64,000 nt of DNA from Paraphysomonas bandaiensis (lineage: Eukaryota > Protista > Chrysophyceae), in the NCBI GenBank assembly GCA_965644295.1, contig CBFFRP010000150.1, positions 248,001 through 312,000 on the forward strand. Reading direction: 5' to 3'. Positions within the stretch are counted from its first letter, which is position 1. Each line of letters starts with the position of its first letter. Below are positions 11,336-25,203 of the stretch, piece by piece. Below the pieces are notes generated by a model. That model had not been told where the DNA came from, did not search any database, and saw only the letters and a list, made by a program, of their open reading frames with translations. The translations under genes were made by a program, and so were the position numbers.

Positions 11336-11608
11336 ATAATGAGAATTAGACAGTTTCTCAGGGCCAAGTCCGATGCAGTTCCATAGCTTCCTTAAAGGGC
11401 CATCATGACACACATCTCATGTTACTGATGTTCTGCTGTAGTCACTTCAATGCTTTGACTAGGTTAAGACTTCAGTCATTTATTTCTTTGACTGGGTGAT
11501 TATACCAAAAATAGTGTGACTAGGTAATTTCACAATTTGAGTAGGTTGAATAATACTTCCCGCGTTGAAAAAGAGGATGCTGGCATCAATGCTGGACTTC
11601 TTTTTGTA

Positions 11609-11642
11609 GGCTATTGCTAATAATAAGACATTCTATATATAT
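11609..11642 (+). mobile_element. Terminal ~30 nt of the shared tail
   Basis: GCTATTGCTAAATAATAAGACATTCTATATAT. Confidence 0.5.
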
Positions 11643-11955
11643 CGAAGCATATCACGTCCGGTTCCACTAAAAAGGGAACGTGGTTGTGTAGATGCCACGC
11701 ATGCTGGAACTAATAACTCATTAGGAAAATGTGACAAAAGAACACCGCTTTGCAAGAAACAAATGAAACCAAACAATCTTCTATATTCCATGATATCTTT
11801 TTTAAGAGAGCAAGGTAGTATCCGTTGTACGACTGCAACCTACGCTCAAAAAATATTCACAGCTTCTTTAGTATCACAGTTATTCGTCAACAGTTTACAT
11901 AAATCGCAGCATTAAAAAATACTTCACAACAACTAAATATGAGGTAATTAATGCA

Positions 11956-14900
11956 TCAATATCCCGTTCCACTACGTTGGCTACCATGAAAAGAGTCTAA
12001 TTTGCTCGCTAGACTTTGTAAGTCAGTACCAAGCTTAGCTAAACGCAAAGCAGACTCTCTAGCAACACTTTTCGGTGCCATACTCTCCGGCTTGCTACTT
12101 TCTGACACTGGCATATCAAGTCGCATTGGAGGAGATGACGAGACGGATAGTTTTGTGGTAGTGTTGCTGTGGCGATATCCACTATAATGATGAGTCGGAT
12201 ACGTAGGGGTAAACTTCGCCCGCTGCTGCATCTGATATGCTCTACCATGAGCGTAAGGAGTGGCTCCCGAGGTGCTAGTGTTGTACGACTCAACCCGTCG
12301 CTCCGCTACTGGTGTACTATCTCGCCATCCCCGCATGTACTCAGCGTCGCGTGAAGGGGTGTCTCCTCGGTACGAGTTAAAATCAATATCAGGGGACGAC
12401 GGGCGCCAAGAGCGTTCGTCGCCCACATGCGTGTCAGTGTCGGGATGGTCTATACTCCTACTGTGATACGGTGTTTGTTTTCTGTGATGTGTGGTCTTCG
12501 TTGAGGCCTTCCACGGAGAAGGAGATGTGAAATGTACATGTGATCTTTGTTTGTTTCGATCATCCGGTCTGTGAGAACGCAGTCCTTCCCTGTCATGAGG
12601 TGTATCATGCATGCTCACGCTACGCCGAACCCCGTTACCCTCTATTCCACTGTCGGAGTGAGGAGGAGTGAGAGGAGCCACATCACTTGCAGCATCTAGC
12701 ATATCTAGTGAGAACTTTGGCTGTTGGGGAGTTTCGCGGGCACTGACTTCAACTTGGCTACGAGCTAACGACGTATTGCTTTTATCGTGTTGTTCGTAAG
12801 TGCTCTCTAAGCTGCGCAGCGAGGCAGTCCTCTTGGAATCAGCGACAAGGCTCTGCAATCGAAGAGAAAGCTTCGAGTTAGCATGAAGCAAATCAGATAT
12901 GCTTTGTTCCACTGACACGGATTTTAGACCGCCATTCAGTCCCATATCGAAAGGAGATGTGCGTTTTTCAGCCTCATAGGAATGCAGCATATTTCGGGTA
13001 TCATTAACAAGACTTCCAATATCTACTAATAGGTCAGATGCACGATCAACCACAACTTTTAAGGTAGATACATCAGCAGACGTTGAGGTGGTGTCGTGCT
13101 GCAGCAAAGAGCTTCGAAGGATACCCTCCGACTCTCTTATAGACTTCTCGAGGTCGGGGTTGATTTGCCTCTGTCGCAGTTTCTTTACTTCGGACTTCAG
13201 ATCTCCGATTTGTGATTCCTGTTCGTTCAATAGATTATCACGCATACTGATGTTATCATTAAGTTTAGAAATAGTTTCAGAAAGTGAACTATTTTCCTCT
13301 TCCAGCCGCTTGATGTCGCCGCGAAGTGTATTAATTCGCTCCCCCCTGTCATCCAACTCATAAGACATTAGTTTGTTGGATTCCGCGACGTCATTAAATT
13401 GTGATGAAAGTTTTGCCACAGCGTCCTCAGCTTCTGCCATTTGGTCGACCTGGGAGGTAAGAATTGCGACTTCTTCTTTTAGGACAGCAACTTCGTGCTC
13501 AAGTGTTTGCGTCCGCTGCTTCTCTAGTGTGAGGGCCTTATTCGTTTCAGTGTATCTGTCTTCAATTTCCCGAACTTGTTGAGCATGTCGATTTAAAATA
13601 TCTTGTTGAAACGAACGCATCTCCCTAGAGCTTTCTTCGCGTGCCTTTCGATCGTTCGTGATGTGATTTTGTGCTTTCGAGAGCGATGAGCTCAGATCTG
13701 CGACTTTGTGGGTGAGTAAAGATGCGCGGTCTTGAACGGTCTGCAACTGCGTTTGAACAGCTGTAACCATCGTTTGACTCCGCACCTCAAATAACTTTCT
13801 AATCTTTACTAACCGCTCCATTTTGACCTGAATACGCTCCACAATGGCGATAGATGATTGTAGCAGATCGTCCGGTCGTTCAAGCATGCCTTCCACCAAC
13901 GAGACCATATCATTACTAGAGTACGTGTACCCGTCGGTCCAAAGGACAGACAACGAGTTGTTGCGTGAGCCACCCATGAGTTGCAGTCTACGAGAGTGCT
14001 CACTATCATGGCTATCAAAGGATTCCATCGCCAGTACCAGCACCTGGTCCCACTTCAAAAGTGCATGAAGCACAACTGAACACGTCTTTCCGAAATCAGA
14101 TCGAGCTGACACTAATTTCTTCCCTTCTTCAGAGAGACGCTTCTCCTCAATAGCTCGTTCCTCCCTGAAGGAGTCAAGCTCAGCACGCAGTGCGGATGAA
14201 ACTGATCGTTGTTCTGTCAGCGCCGCCTCAACTGCTGCAGACCTCGCCTTCTCCTCACTGATGTCGATTCGTAGATTCTCCATTTCATCAACCATAGAAT
14301 CTATCTTGTCTTGTCTCTCTACAGCTTCTCGTCGTAGAGCAGCTACCTCATCGACTCGCCGCGAGAGCTCGGATGATTGTGACTGATTGGTCACGGTGAG
14401 ATTCTCATACTTTACCTTGAGATTCTCTAGCTCGGCGGAGTAAGTGGATAGCTGTGCCCTTTGTTTTTCGTTCTCCCTGTAGGTGCTCTCGGCACCAGCT
14501 GAAAGAGACTTCAGAGAATTATTTTCTTCCTTGTACCGATTCAATTCCGACTGCAGTGTCGATAACTGAGTCCCTCTCTCCCGTAATTCCTCTCTCAACT
14601 CATCAACTGCACCCTTATCACGCTGTGCCTCATATTTGAGAGATGTAGTCTCTTCGCGTTGAGCATGCAGAGCAGTCACTGTGTCGTCAAGCGTCTTCGT
14701 AGTTGTCAGCAGGCGTGATTCCACATCGGCACACTTTTGTTTCAAGCTATCGCACATGGCATCTCGTGTTCGAATTTCTACTTTGAGAGCCTCCACCTCC
14801 CGTACTAAACCTTCTACCTTAGAACGCTCTAGTTCAATCCCTCCCTTAAGCGACATCACTTCCTCCGATTTCTCATGAACTCTGTCGCAATTAGGTTTGA

Positions 14901-16000
14901 CTATATCGAACGTTAAGCACACAGAAAATTAACTAACCGTTGCATGAGCTCTTCTTTCACTTTGTAGATGTCACCGTGTTCTTGGGACCGCAGCTCGCGC
15001 ACCTCTTCAGAATGGCTATCGCGTAAGGTCTCTAACTCATTACGAAAGCTCTCTCTTGTCTGAGTGAGGGCCTCGCTGTGCTGACTATGAATTCGTTCCA
15101 CCTCCTATATGAAAGCTATTATTCACAAGTTGAGATATAGGTATTACCGACCTTTTCACTGCTGTACTTTATCTCCTCCACCTTTGCTTCATAGTGATCA
15201 GTCAGCGCAGCTAATCTCTCCTCGGCCTCCTCCTCCAACCGAGCTTTTGCTGCTTCCGCCCTATGCAGGCGCTCCTATCAAGTAAAACAAAGTAAATTTG
15301 AGTCCGCACGCCGTTCAACTTCTGAATTTACCCTGAGGTTTTCCACTTCAGATGAATGTTCCGCAGCCTCGATCTTAAGCATATCATTTTCAGTCCGCAC
15401 ACGAACAATTTCGTCATCGAGCTCGGAAGATCGCATGCCTGACAGTCGTTGTTTATCCAGCATTGCATCGCGCTCCACTGATAGCTTCTCTATATCTTCT
15501 CTTGCTGAATCTAAAGACATCCTGCATTCATTCTAAATACAATCATATAAAAAGTATTGAAGTCCAATTATTCATACCAAATCTTGTTTCAAGTGATATA
15601 TCTCGTCATTCTTAGAAGAAATAGTTCTATGTAGTGCAGATGTATCTTGTTCAGTGTGTAATTGAGAGTCTAGTTTTGCCTTGACATTATCCAGTTCGCC
15701 TTTAAGAGCCTCAATGGCCCCTTTAGCTTTTACAAGAAGAGAATTTCTTTGTTCTAAATCAGCATAACTATCTTCTAATTGAATTCTAAGCATTGAATTC
15801 TCAGATCTTAAATCATCAACCTCAGAGACAGGTACACCATCAGTGATCTGTCGTATATTATTCTCTAAATAATACACTTTCATTTTAAGATCAAAATTTT
15901 CTTTTTCAAGTTGTTGTTTTTCTTCAATTTCAGTTTTAAGATTTCCAGATAGTGTTTTATTACTATGATAAGTATGAAGAGTTTCATCTTGTTTCTCCAT
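11956..16000 (-). CDS. Centrosomin/CDK5RAP2/Mto1-like coiled-coil protein with N-terminal CM1 (Cnn_1N) motif, 5 exons (16000-15578, 15532-15332, 15274-15152, 15104-14938, 14881-11956)
   Basis: QQLEKENFDLKMKVYYLE is the gamma-tubulin-complex-binding CM1 consensus; long heptad-rich region; disordered C-terminus. Confidence 0.8.
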
Positions 16001-17856
16001 TATGTGTATGTTGTTAGCTAAGGTGTGTGTATGTATGTATGTATGTATGTATGGAGGGGCTAATGCACTCCTATTGAATGACTATTGCTATGGCTTGTGG
16101 TAGGTAGTAGAGTGTAGAAGAAAGGATTGGAATAGATAATAACTTGATGAATTTGTTGGATGGAATATGCTATAGTCTATCTCAGCATACCATACATACA
16201 TATGCATCTATACTCCACTGCACTCGACTCAGATATTTAAACATACATACATATCCATATATACATACATACCTATACATACATACATGTGTACAGTGTG
16301 TACAGCAGTATGTATATATTTGAATATCTGAGATGGATAGAATACAGAGGTATACGGCAGTATGTTTAGAGTTTACATATAGAAGTTAATATATGAAAGC
16401 TACGTACATGTGCCTGTATACGGAGTGTATACACTGTAGTTCATGTTGCAAGTTTCAAGTGGACAGACAGATCTGAAGTTGTGTCCATTAACATGTTGAC
16501 TATCTACTGGCATAACTAATCAGAGAAATAACGGTGTGCAATACGGAGTAATGAAGTTGCACTTGATTGACTAATAGTCTCACCTCCACGTATCTTCATT
16601 TAATAATCGTCTCATACTGCATACCGCCACTAATCTGTGTAACATCAAGTGGCAAAATACCGTCACACAAGAAAAAATGCCACATACCGTATATGAGCTG
16701 CAAGATAAGGTTTAAGAGATTAAGGTTGTCAATACTACATAGATTCTGTGCGTATACACATACAGGGCAAATGATATTATGTACCACTTTCTAAACTGCA
16801 TTGAGTCTAAGAACAAATTACAGATAGGCATGTAATTGTAGAAATCATTAATCTTAGCTGCACAAAACTTTGAATACATTGTCACAGTGACACTAGAGAA
16901 ACGTAATCTGTGCAAAAGATTGGTCAGAAACCGAAAAATAACTTTTTCAGAGGCGTGCCCATACTTATAGGCTCCTGCTCCAGTGACTTCGAATTAAGGG
17001 CTTGAAGAATTCCTGCTAAATACAAAAAGTAATTTTACGAGGCAACTTCATTTGAGATGTATGAATTGATAATGTTTTGCAAGTAAGCATCAGCCGTTGC
17101 ATCTTTCTAGAACTGGTGCTACTTCAGAGAATAGAGAGTTTATTTAAGACACGCTCTTTGATAAAGGTAATATAGAATATAGAACACACTACATAAACAA
17201 AGGATCTACTATTGGACGTAGTCAAGGGGTTATTATTTTAAAATTTAAAATGACTATGTTGACTAGGATGACTAGATACATATGGTATTCACCTAGTCAT
17301 CAATTAATATAAGCTGATATTGAGTTATTTATTATTTTGACTAGGTTGAATTATTGCAATAATTGAAATTGAGACAGTTATAATTGCAATTATAATTGAC
17401 TGCAACTTGCGTCAATTAATTGATGCGCAGGCCCCGGTTGAATAATAAAAGCTTAATATTTAATGTATTATAAGATTCTTTAACTGGTCCGACGAAACAT
17501 TGCGAAATTTTAAAATACCATACTACGATACCACATCAGAGATCTTGTTGCAATAGTGGTTTATAGTTTAATTGTCTCTAATTTCTATTGAGGTGAAAAT
17601 TTCACTGCCTTGTCGTAAATTATCTATCAAATGAGGACCCAAACCAATTCTATTTTAGCTCCGTCAATGGTCATACTTTTCCATTGAGCTATAATATATT
17701 TGCATCAAATCAGCGGGTATTTAGAGCTCAACATTTTCAATTAAGTAATGCAGTAGTGGCTCAAGGTATATGTGAACGAATAATTATAGGATCATCGTTA
17801 ACAAAAATTTTACTTAAATCCATCGCTATATTGCAATCTAGATGTAAGTCACATGT

Positions 17857-18334
17857 TTAAGAACGGAACTTTCCCCAGATGTGAAGGATCACGACTAAGC
17901 CAATGAAAATAAGGGAGCAAGCAAGGACTGTCGTAGGTCCACTGTAATACATAGGGTCAGTACACAGCGGTTTACAACACAAATATATCCTTACATTTTG
18001 AATCCAGGTGCATCGTCCGTATAAAAACGAAGTATTCCTATTATACAATATGAACACGACATTGACATCACTTCTGTCAATATTATTACCTTGAGAACTC
18101 TGCTGAGCAGCACGGGACGAAGTATTCTCAGTGTCCGCTCTAGCAGCAGGGCTAATATATACGTCAACTAGTTCACACACCATATCATATTGGTACATAC
18201 CGTCGTCGAAGAGCAGACTGTGCAGCAGGTCCCTTGGCGGGAGCACCAGGGCGCGCAGATGAGGGGTCTGATCCAGCTAATTTTGGCTACAATTAACATT
18301 AGCAGTGAAATAGATAACTTAATAAAATTACCAT
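17857..18334 (-). CDS. SEC61B: Protein translocon subunit Sec61-beta, 5 exons (first coding exon is ATG only)
   Basis: Spliced product [68 protein letters not shown]. Confidence 0.93.
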
Positions 18335-18928
18335 AATATTAGTAGGTGATGCGTAGCAAAATTGCTGTACTTTAAATAAGCCCACTCTTGAGACGCTAGT
18401 TGTGGTTGTATATGCAGAGGAGATATGCTTATATATGTATACATGTATATATGGGCTGTGCTCCCTGTATATACCACACACATACACATACACATACATA
18501 CACATATACATATACATATACATATACACACACACACCTACCGGTACACACACACATCTAGACGACATACATACTCACCGGCTCACACAACAACTCCACT
18601 GTATTGTATACTACTGTGGTATACCGCTAGACTACTGCAGTGTATAGAATATATACTACCGCTGTATTGAAACTGCTCTCATATCTTATTTCCTGTATAC
18701 CTCGGTCTGAATACACTGTATGTATGTATACATGTATGTATACTGCTGTATATAGGAGATGTGTGTATAGGTACATGTACGTATACTGCTGTATGCTATG
18801 TGTGTGTATCCTCATCTACACACTCTCTTAACAACATCCTTCTCATAACTCCCATATATACAACATGACGATTGATCTACCCTCTTAATGATCTGCTATT
18901 ACTAACAGTTAGTTTATCTATTAATAGA

Positions 18929-20557
18929 ATGGGTGATCCCATACGTCAAAGACTCGTCAGACCATCTAGAAATCTTAAAGGTGGCATAATCGGTTTAGCT
19001 AATGCTGGAAAAACATCCATATTTAATCTATTAAGTGGATCATGTGCTCCAACTGATATCAATGTATTTTGTACTATAGGTATGTGTGTTAAACTCTTTA
19101 TACAGTCACCATACAGTATAATATGAACGCTTATTGTTACATGTGATTCAGATCCTAATTACGCAACTTCAGTGTTTTTTGATGAGTCATTAGATACTGT
19201 TGCTAGAATATATAATTCGAAGAAAACTGTTCACTCGTATGTGTCTCTGTTGGATACAAGCGGTCTCGTTCGAGGCGCTCATATGGTATGTATAAGATCA
19301 CTTCTGAATCCCCCTCTTTGACTAATAGTAAGATAGGACGAGGGAATTGGCAATGATTTTTTAAGCTTGCATCAACCTATGGATATTCTCATTCATGTAG
19401 TACGGGCCTTTGTAGACGGTGGCATAACACATGTAAGTGCAACGGTTCATTAATCACCTAAACTGATTTCACACGTGGTAGGTGGAGGAGACTGTGGATC
19501 CCGCTCGAGATATTGAGCTTGTAAATGACGAGTTAATTGCAAAGGTGGCAGCCTGGTATCTATAACATGGAATGTGTCACTAGTATCTCTACGTAGGATA
19601 TTGAAATTGTTAACTTTGCTTTGAGTACAATGGAGTACAATGTGGTATCAGGAGACAGTGGACGAGAACTACTGTACGAGTTCGAGACACTTTCTAAAGT
19701 GTACGCTGTTCTCAGTGGGAAAGAATATGTTCCAAAAAAGACAGGCCCAGGGTTTAGGCGAAAAGGGAACAAACCAGTGAAGCCGGGTACAGTGCCAGAG
19801 GAAGCCCCTGAGCCAGTACCTGGTGCATACCTCAAATTATGACGTGATACATATTGATGTGAGCTCTGCAGGGAGGCCAGTTAGGTTGCATGAGTGGGAT
19901 AAAAACCAGCGAGCAATTATATCTAAATATGATGTAAGTAGGTTTACTGAAATGCTGCAATCAGTTCATGAGTGCGCAGCTGCTTACGGCGAAAGAGATG
20001 GTGTACATAGTGAACATATCTATGCGGGACTACTTACGCGGTGAGAGCCCATGGATGGAATCAGTACAGGAAGTTACAGAGAGATATGGTGGTGGGAGGG
20101 TTATACCGCTCAGTGTACAGTTCGAGAGGCATTACAGAGAGCAGATGCAGCAGGAAGGAAATCATTTCGAAGTTTATCTCCGTGCTAACCCGACGCACAA
20201 ATCTGCTCTGGGCCCTATATTCGGTTCTTTGTACCGTCAGCTGGACCTGATACGCTTTTACACGGCGAGTTCAGAAGAGGCGAAGGTGTGGTATATTCCA
20301 CAGGGCTCTACCGCACCTGAGGCGGGCGCACTCATTCATACCAGCATCGAACGGTCTGTTATGTCGAATGTATTACGATTAATATTGACTTCATTGTATT
20401 ATCCAGAGATTTCATATGTGCGAGCGCTATGACGTATGATGACCTAGTAGAGCTAGGTAGCGAAGAAAAGGTGAGACGAGTGGGCAAATTACTGCAGCAG
20501 GGAAAGAAATACGTTGTCAATGATGGCGATATATTATCTTTTCAGTATAACAAATAG
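18929..20557 (+). CDS. Divergent Obg-family YchF/OLA1-like ATPase/GTPase, multi-exon
   Basis: GIIGLANAGKTSIFNLL, FCTIDPN, DTSGLVRGA, VDPARDIELVNDEL, LLTAK, TAPEAGALIHT, GKKYVVNDGDI. Confidence 0.85.
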
Positions 20558-21216
20558 ATATCTATTGATTTCTTTAGTGGGTGTATTATATTGTACTTAT
20601 TATCAGGCTTGCGTAACAAGTAATTGGTTTAAAAAATGATAATTGCAATTAGTATTGGTAAATGTTGCCATCTGATTTCAATTAAATGGCTGGCTTAATT
20701 ATAAAGCATCTCAAAATGGATAGCTAATAGCTACTGATCTGGGTACTAGCGTACACACCCATTATCTGTATATACAAGCTCGGATGTATGTGCTACGTGC
20801 ACAGTCAAGTTATCATTTTATTAATCATGTCAAAGATCGTTGGCAAAGCACCTTCCCAGCGATCGTTGTGATACATAGAATAAGCTGATTGCAGATATTC
20901 AGCTGCTTTGACATATTTAAGATTAAGTATAGTAGTGTAAATTGTAAATGACGTTGTGTATCCGTTGGGGGCCACGGACCACTATCAGTATCAAAATATT
21001 AAAATTGTTGAACTCTATAACTAGTGTATATTTTCCCCAATATTTCCATGTATATAATTATTAAAAACAAACGACTGATGCAATTACGTCACAATATTAT
21101 AGTACTATTATAGTAAATGAAAAAAAGATTGCCTAGGTTAACACATACCGCTAAATATAGCCAGTACACTGAAAAATGGAAAACTTAGGTACCAGACAAT
21201 GTACGCTACTGCCACA

Positions 21217-24200
21217 CTATGACACCATTTCAGTTTCTGGGTCATCGTTCGCATCTTGTCTGTCTTCATCTGCATATCGTAAAATTCTATCGCCAGCAGA
21301 CTGGATTTGATAATCCAAATCTCTCTCAAGCTTTCGAACTAAACTTTCAATAATGTTATCACTCATTTCTGCAGAGTAATCGAGAGGCGTCTTTCCGTGA
21401 GAGTCAACTGCATCAACGTTCGCATTGGACTGACAGAGTAATTCCACCCCCAAAACATGTCCCTAATACATATTTAGCTGATGTGATGCACAATATAGCT
21501 CTCACATACCCCGTGGCATGCAACGTGAAGTGGACTCTTAAAATCATCCTGTTCGTTTCGCCAGTTGACATTAGCACCGTATGCTATCGCTCTCATCATA
21601 TCCACAAGGTCACCAATGAGAGAGGCCTAAATTTTATACCACATGTTAACCATAGTACATCATTAGTTATGAGCCTTCAGAAACCTGGAATAGCATTTCA
21701 TTTGCAGTTTCCTGAGGAGGTTTCTCCGATATATATCTCCGTTCCACGTACTGACGACACACATATTACACCACTCTTGCTTCTGTTGCAATAAACATAC
21801 CTTAGCGTATATGAACTTTTCTTTTTCTTGTCGGCTAGAGTTTGGTACTATTTTGCTTGGATGCATTTTATGCGGATCCCCTTGGGCTGTCGCAGCAGGA
21901 GGGTGTCAAAAAAATACTTCGTGTAAAAACAAACACAACCTTTTTCGTCGCTCTGTTTCTGGATCATTTCCTCCCATATCAAGTTAGAACGAATATTTCC
22001 TGGTTGCAAGTCATGACCCAAAAATATATCCCATATAAGCAACTCACCGACACGGAGAAGCAACTGCTTATTGTTCGGCGACCATTTGTCCAAAGAGATT
22101 GATCGCACCTTGGAAATATGCGTCCCAAGACTTCGATGAATACCAGAACACTCAATGCAAATCATTATGCACAAGTTGAGACTTGCCCTAAACGACATAT
22201 AAATTTCCGCACAAGCACAATATTACATAACGTACCAAGATGGAAACTGTGCTCCACAATCGGCACATCGCTGGTTCACCTGAGAACAGACACCAAAAAC
22301 TGTAAGCGAAATCCTACGGACTGGCCTCCTACCTTGTGGAGTTCATCTATTTCGTTTGTCTTCATATTCATATCGTCGTCATCGTCGTCTTTGGAAACAT
22401 CCCTCGAAGACCCGGGTGCTATCTGTAGCGCTAGCTGCTTCTCGATTTGCTCCCGAATTGCCTGTACCCATTCATTCGTATCTTTCTCGCTCTCGCCCTG
22501 AAGAATGTATATCCTCTGACCCGGACTGATAACCTCGAAAGTAAAGCGCATGTCGCTTGAACAATTCTCCCTCACTAAATTCAAAAATATAGTAAGAATG
22601 CACCAGAACAGAAAGTATGCCTTCCATACCTGTCGAAATGAGCAAATCGCACACTAATGTAGGAGGTGAATCTGAAAGGTTGTCTGTGCGAGCGTAGTAC
22701 AGCTTCCCGTTCTGTATTATATGTTATCTAGTAACAGCAACATAGCCTCACTACAATCTCTCGCACAGACCTGGATAAAGAACCACCTACGCTTCCACTC
22801 TTTCATCATATTGCTGGTCTTCTTCCACAGGAAACCAGCCTTTCCCTAGGACATACATCACCCACACACCCACACAACCATCTACACCTCACCACTTCAT
22901 CATCTCTTGCCATTTCGGATTCCAGATCTTCGCCAATAGTGGAGAGAGTAGACGTAGGCGCCTGATGTGACTTTCCCAGCTCTCTTGTGAACACGGCTGC
23001 CTGTACAACTTGTTACGAACAATCCCTACTCCTACATCAGCAACAACATCATCTCACCATGTTAAGTGAATTTCGCACTTTAACTTTGCTCTTCGAGGCA
23101 GCTGCTGCAATAAGACTCCTATTTTTGGTGTCCTTCTTTTTATCCTTCTCGAGGTCATTTTTTAGCTGAATCCTACATTGCACGTGATTAGTTGTCAATT
23201 CACTCTTCACATTAAGTTGAATACCTTTTGGCTTCTCTTAAAATCGCTTCACGGCGGAAGTCCTGTGCAAAATGTTAATCAAACAGATAAGCAAAGATAG
23301 GGCGTGTACATCTCGAGCCCTAGACATTTCGCTCGTGAGTTGCCTCATGGCTGGTTCCATCGTCGCCACCATAGTATGACACTGGTGGAAGAATCCCAAA
23401 TATATGTACAATGCAGAGCATGTGCGCTCACATAGCTGGAACTTTTTCTTCGTCTCCAATGAGTTCAATTCTGTTACCTAAGACATAATAAATCAGCATG
23501 CAGTCGGAAATATCATATTGCCTATCCAACCAGATCATATCGAGACAATTCAAGCTCCTTCCGCATGGTGGCAAGTTCAGCCTCCCTAAGTCAGAAGATT
23601 GTAAAGTGATGTACAAAATACTAACATGCTACCCACTTTCTGTGAACAACCTCATCATCCACACTAGTCTTGAGCGATAGAAACTTCGCTAAGGCTGACT
23701 CATACACCTCAGAATTCTGACTGACAGCCTAAACAGGAAGCTAAGAGAGTTGTATATAGCAATGTCGAGATAACCCTACATTCTTCAGCTTCCTGACAGA
23801 TTTAGCCTCTAGTTTAACGAATTCCTCCATTGGGGCAGAGAAAGTAGTCTCCAGCGATACGATGACCGCCTCACGATAAGATTCAATCTACACAAACACA
23901 TCATACTAAAAATAATGCAGTAATACTATATAGTACCATTTCAAACGCATTCCCAAATTTGGCCAGAAACTCCGATAGCCCCTCCCCGAGTCTTCCAGCC
24001 CACACCGGTTCCTGTAGCTGGGACATCAGCGACGCAAAATCTTTACCCGAATCCACAAATGCATTCCCATTTTTACAATATGAGCGACATTTATCAACGA
24101 GAAGTTGCAGGTGGCTGCGAAGATCTTCAACGTTCTTGTCCTGTAAAAGAAGGCCCTGGTTAATATTTGCGTATATTGCAGTGCAAAACATACCATAGAC

Positions 24201-24708
24201 TCAATTTTTTTCCGAAAAGCAGGTGAATCGGCTTCATATTGCAACACAACTGACTTCTTGAATAAGTTTCTGTAGTCCGATACATCTGGTGCTTTGAATG
24301 CGCCTTCGCCTCTTTGCAATGCCAAATAATCTCTTTGAACAGCATCAGTATCCGTTTTACATCGCTCATACACCGCAATATCAGACGTGTTTCCTACACT
24401 GTATACCCAATTCGATAACACTTCAGAATTATTATTATAGAGATCAGTAAAGTGTCTCACCTGTCATCAGCAGCTTTCAAAAACATAACACTAGAGGAAC
24501 CATATGATCCAAACTCTAATTTATTTGCTGATATATTCGAATCAATTGTTCGACGATTTATTTCTTTACGTTGATTTAATAATTCTTTATATTTTTGATT
24601 TTCTTGTGTGAGTTGAATGCATATATTGACGAGTTCACTATGAGATAAATGATCAAATGATGTATGATATTCTCTTGTTTCTTGTTGGAGTTCAGGGGCG
24701 ATATTCAT
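21217..24708 (-). CDS. ArfGAP with BAR, PH, ArfGAP and ankyrin domains (ACAP/centaurin-beta-like), many exons; 3' end uncertain
   Basis: DSPAFRKK (BAR start), WKRRWFFI and [23 protein letters not shown] (PH), CADC and [27 protein letters not shown] (ArfGAP), [14 protein letters not shown] (ankyrin). Confidence 0.88.
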
Positions 24709-24957
24709 ATGTTGATATGAGTGATTGAATAAAGATGTTTGTTTTACATATAGATTAGAATGATGGGGTTAGTTAGATGGGGTTATCTAGAGCTTTACTG
24801 TGATGTATATATATATATATATATATACGTGATAATCTAGTTGTTAGTTCGTTCCATCATTCCATATGTTCATTTCACAGTAGTATACTACGTACTGTAC
24901 CGGATACATGACTATCCATATATCCGGTACAGGACTGAATACAGCAGTAGTATATGC

Positions 24958-25069
24958 TATCGGCAGCCCAGCATCATATTTTCGGAAATAAGTTGAAGCA
25001 AATATCGACTATATTACTAAATACACAACTACGGCTGGAATACAGATAATTGTTGTCTCAATATTAGAG
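24958..25069 (+). repeat. Dispersed ~110-bp repeat, homologous to 35890-36000
   Basis: Both begin TATCGGCAG and share CAACTACGGCTG and TTGTTGTCTCAATATTAGAG. Confidence 0.8.
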
Positions 25070-25203
25070 CTGTATAGTCGTACTCTTGGACTTATAGATC
25101 CAGCTACATACAGTATATGGCAGCATGTCGAGTGTGCAGTATCGACTTAAACAGACACCTCCATCTTCTCTCCTACATACACACCCAAACACATATTAAC
25201 ATA

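Noticed and set aside
12002-14878. Many antisense ORFs over long genes (also 28877-29269, 60042-60659)
   Set aside because: Shadow frames of real coding sequence on the opposite strand.
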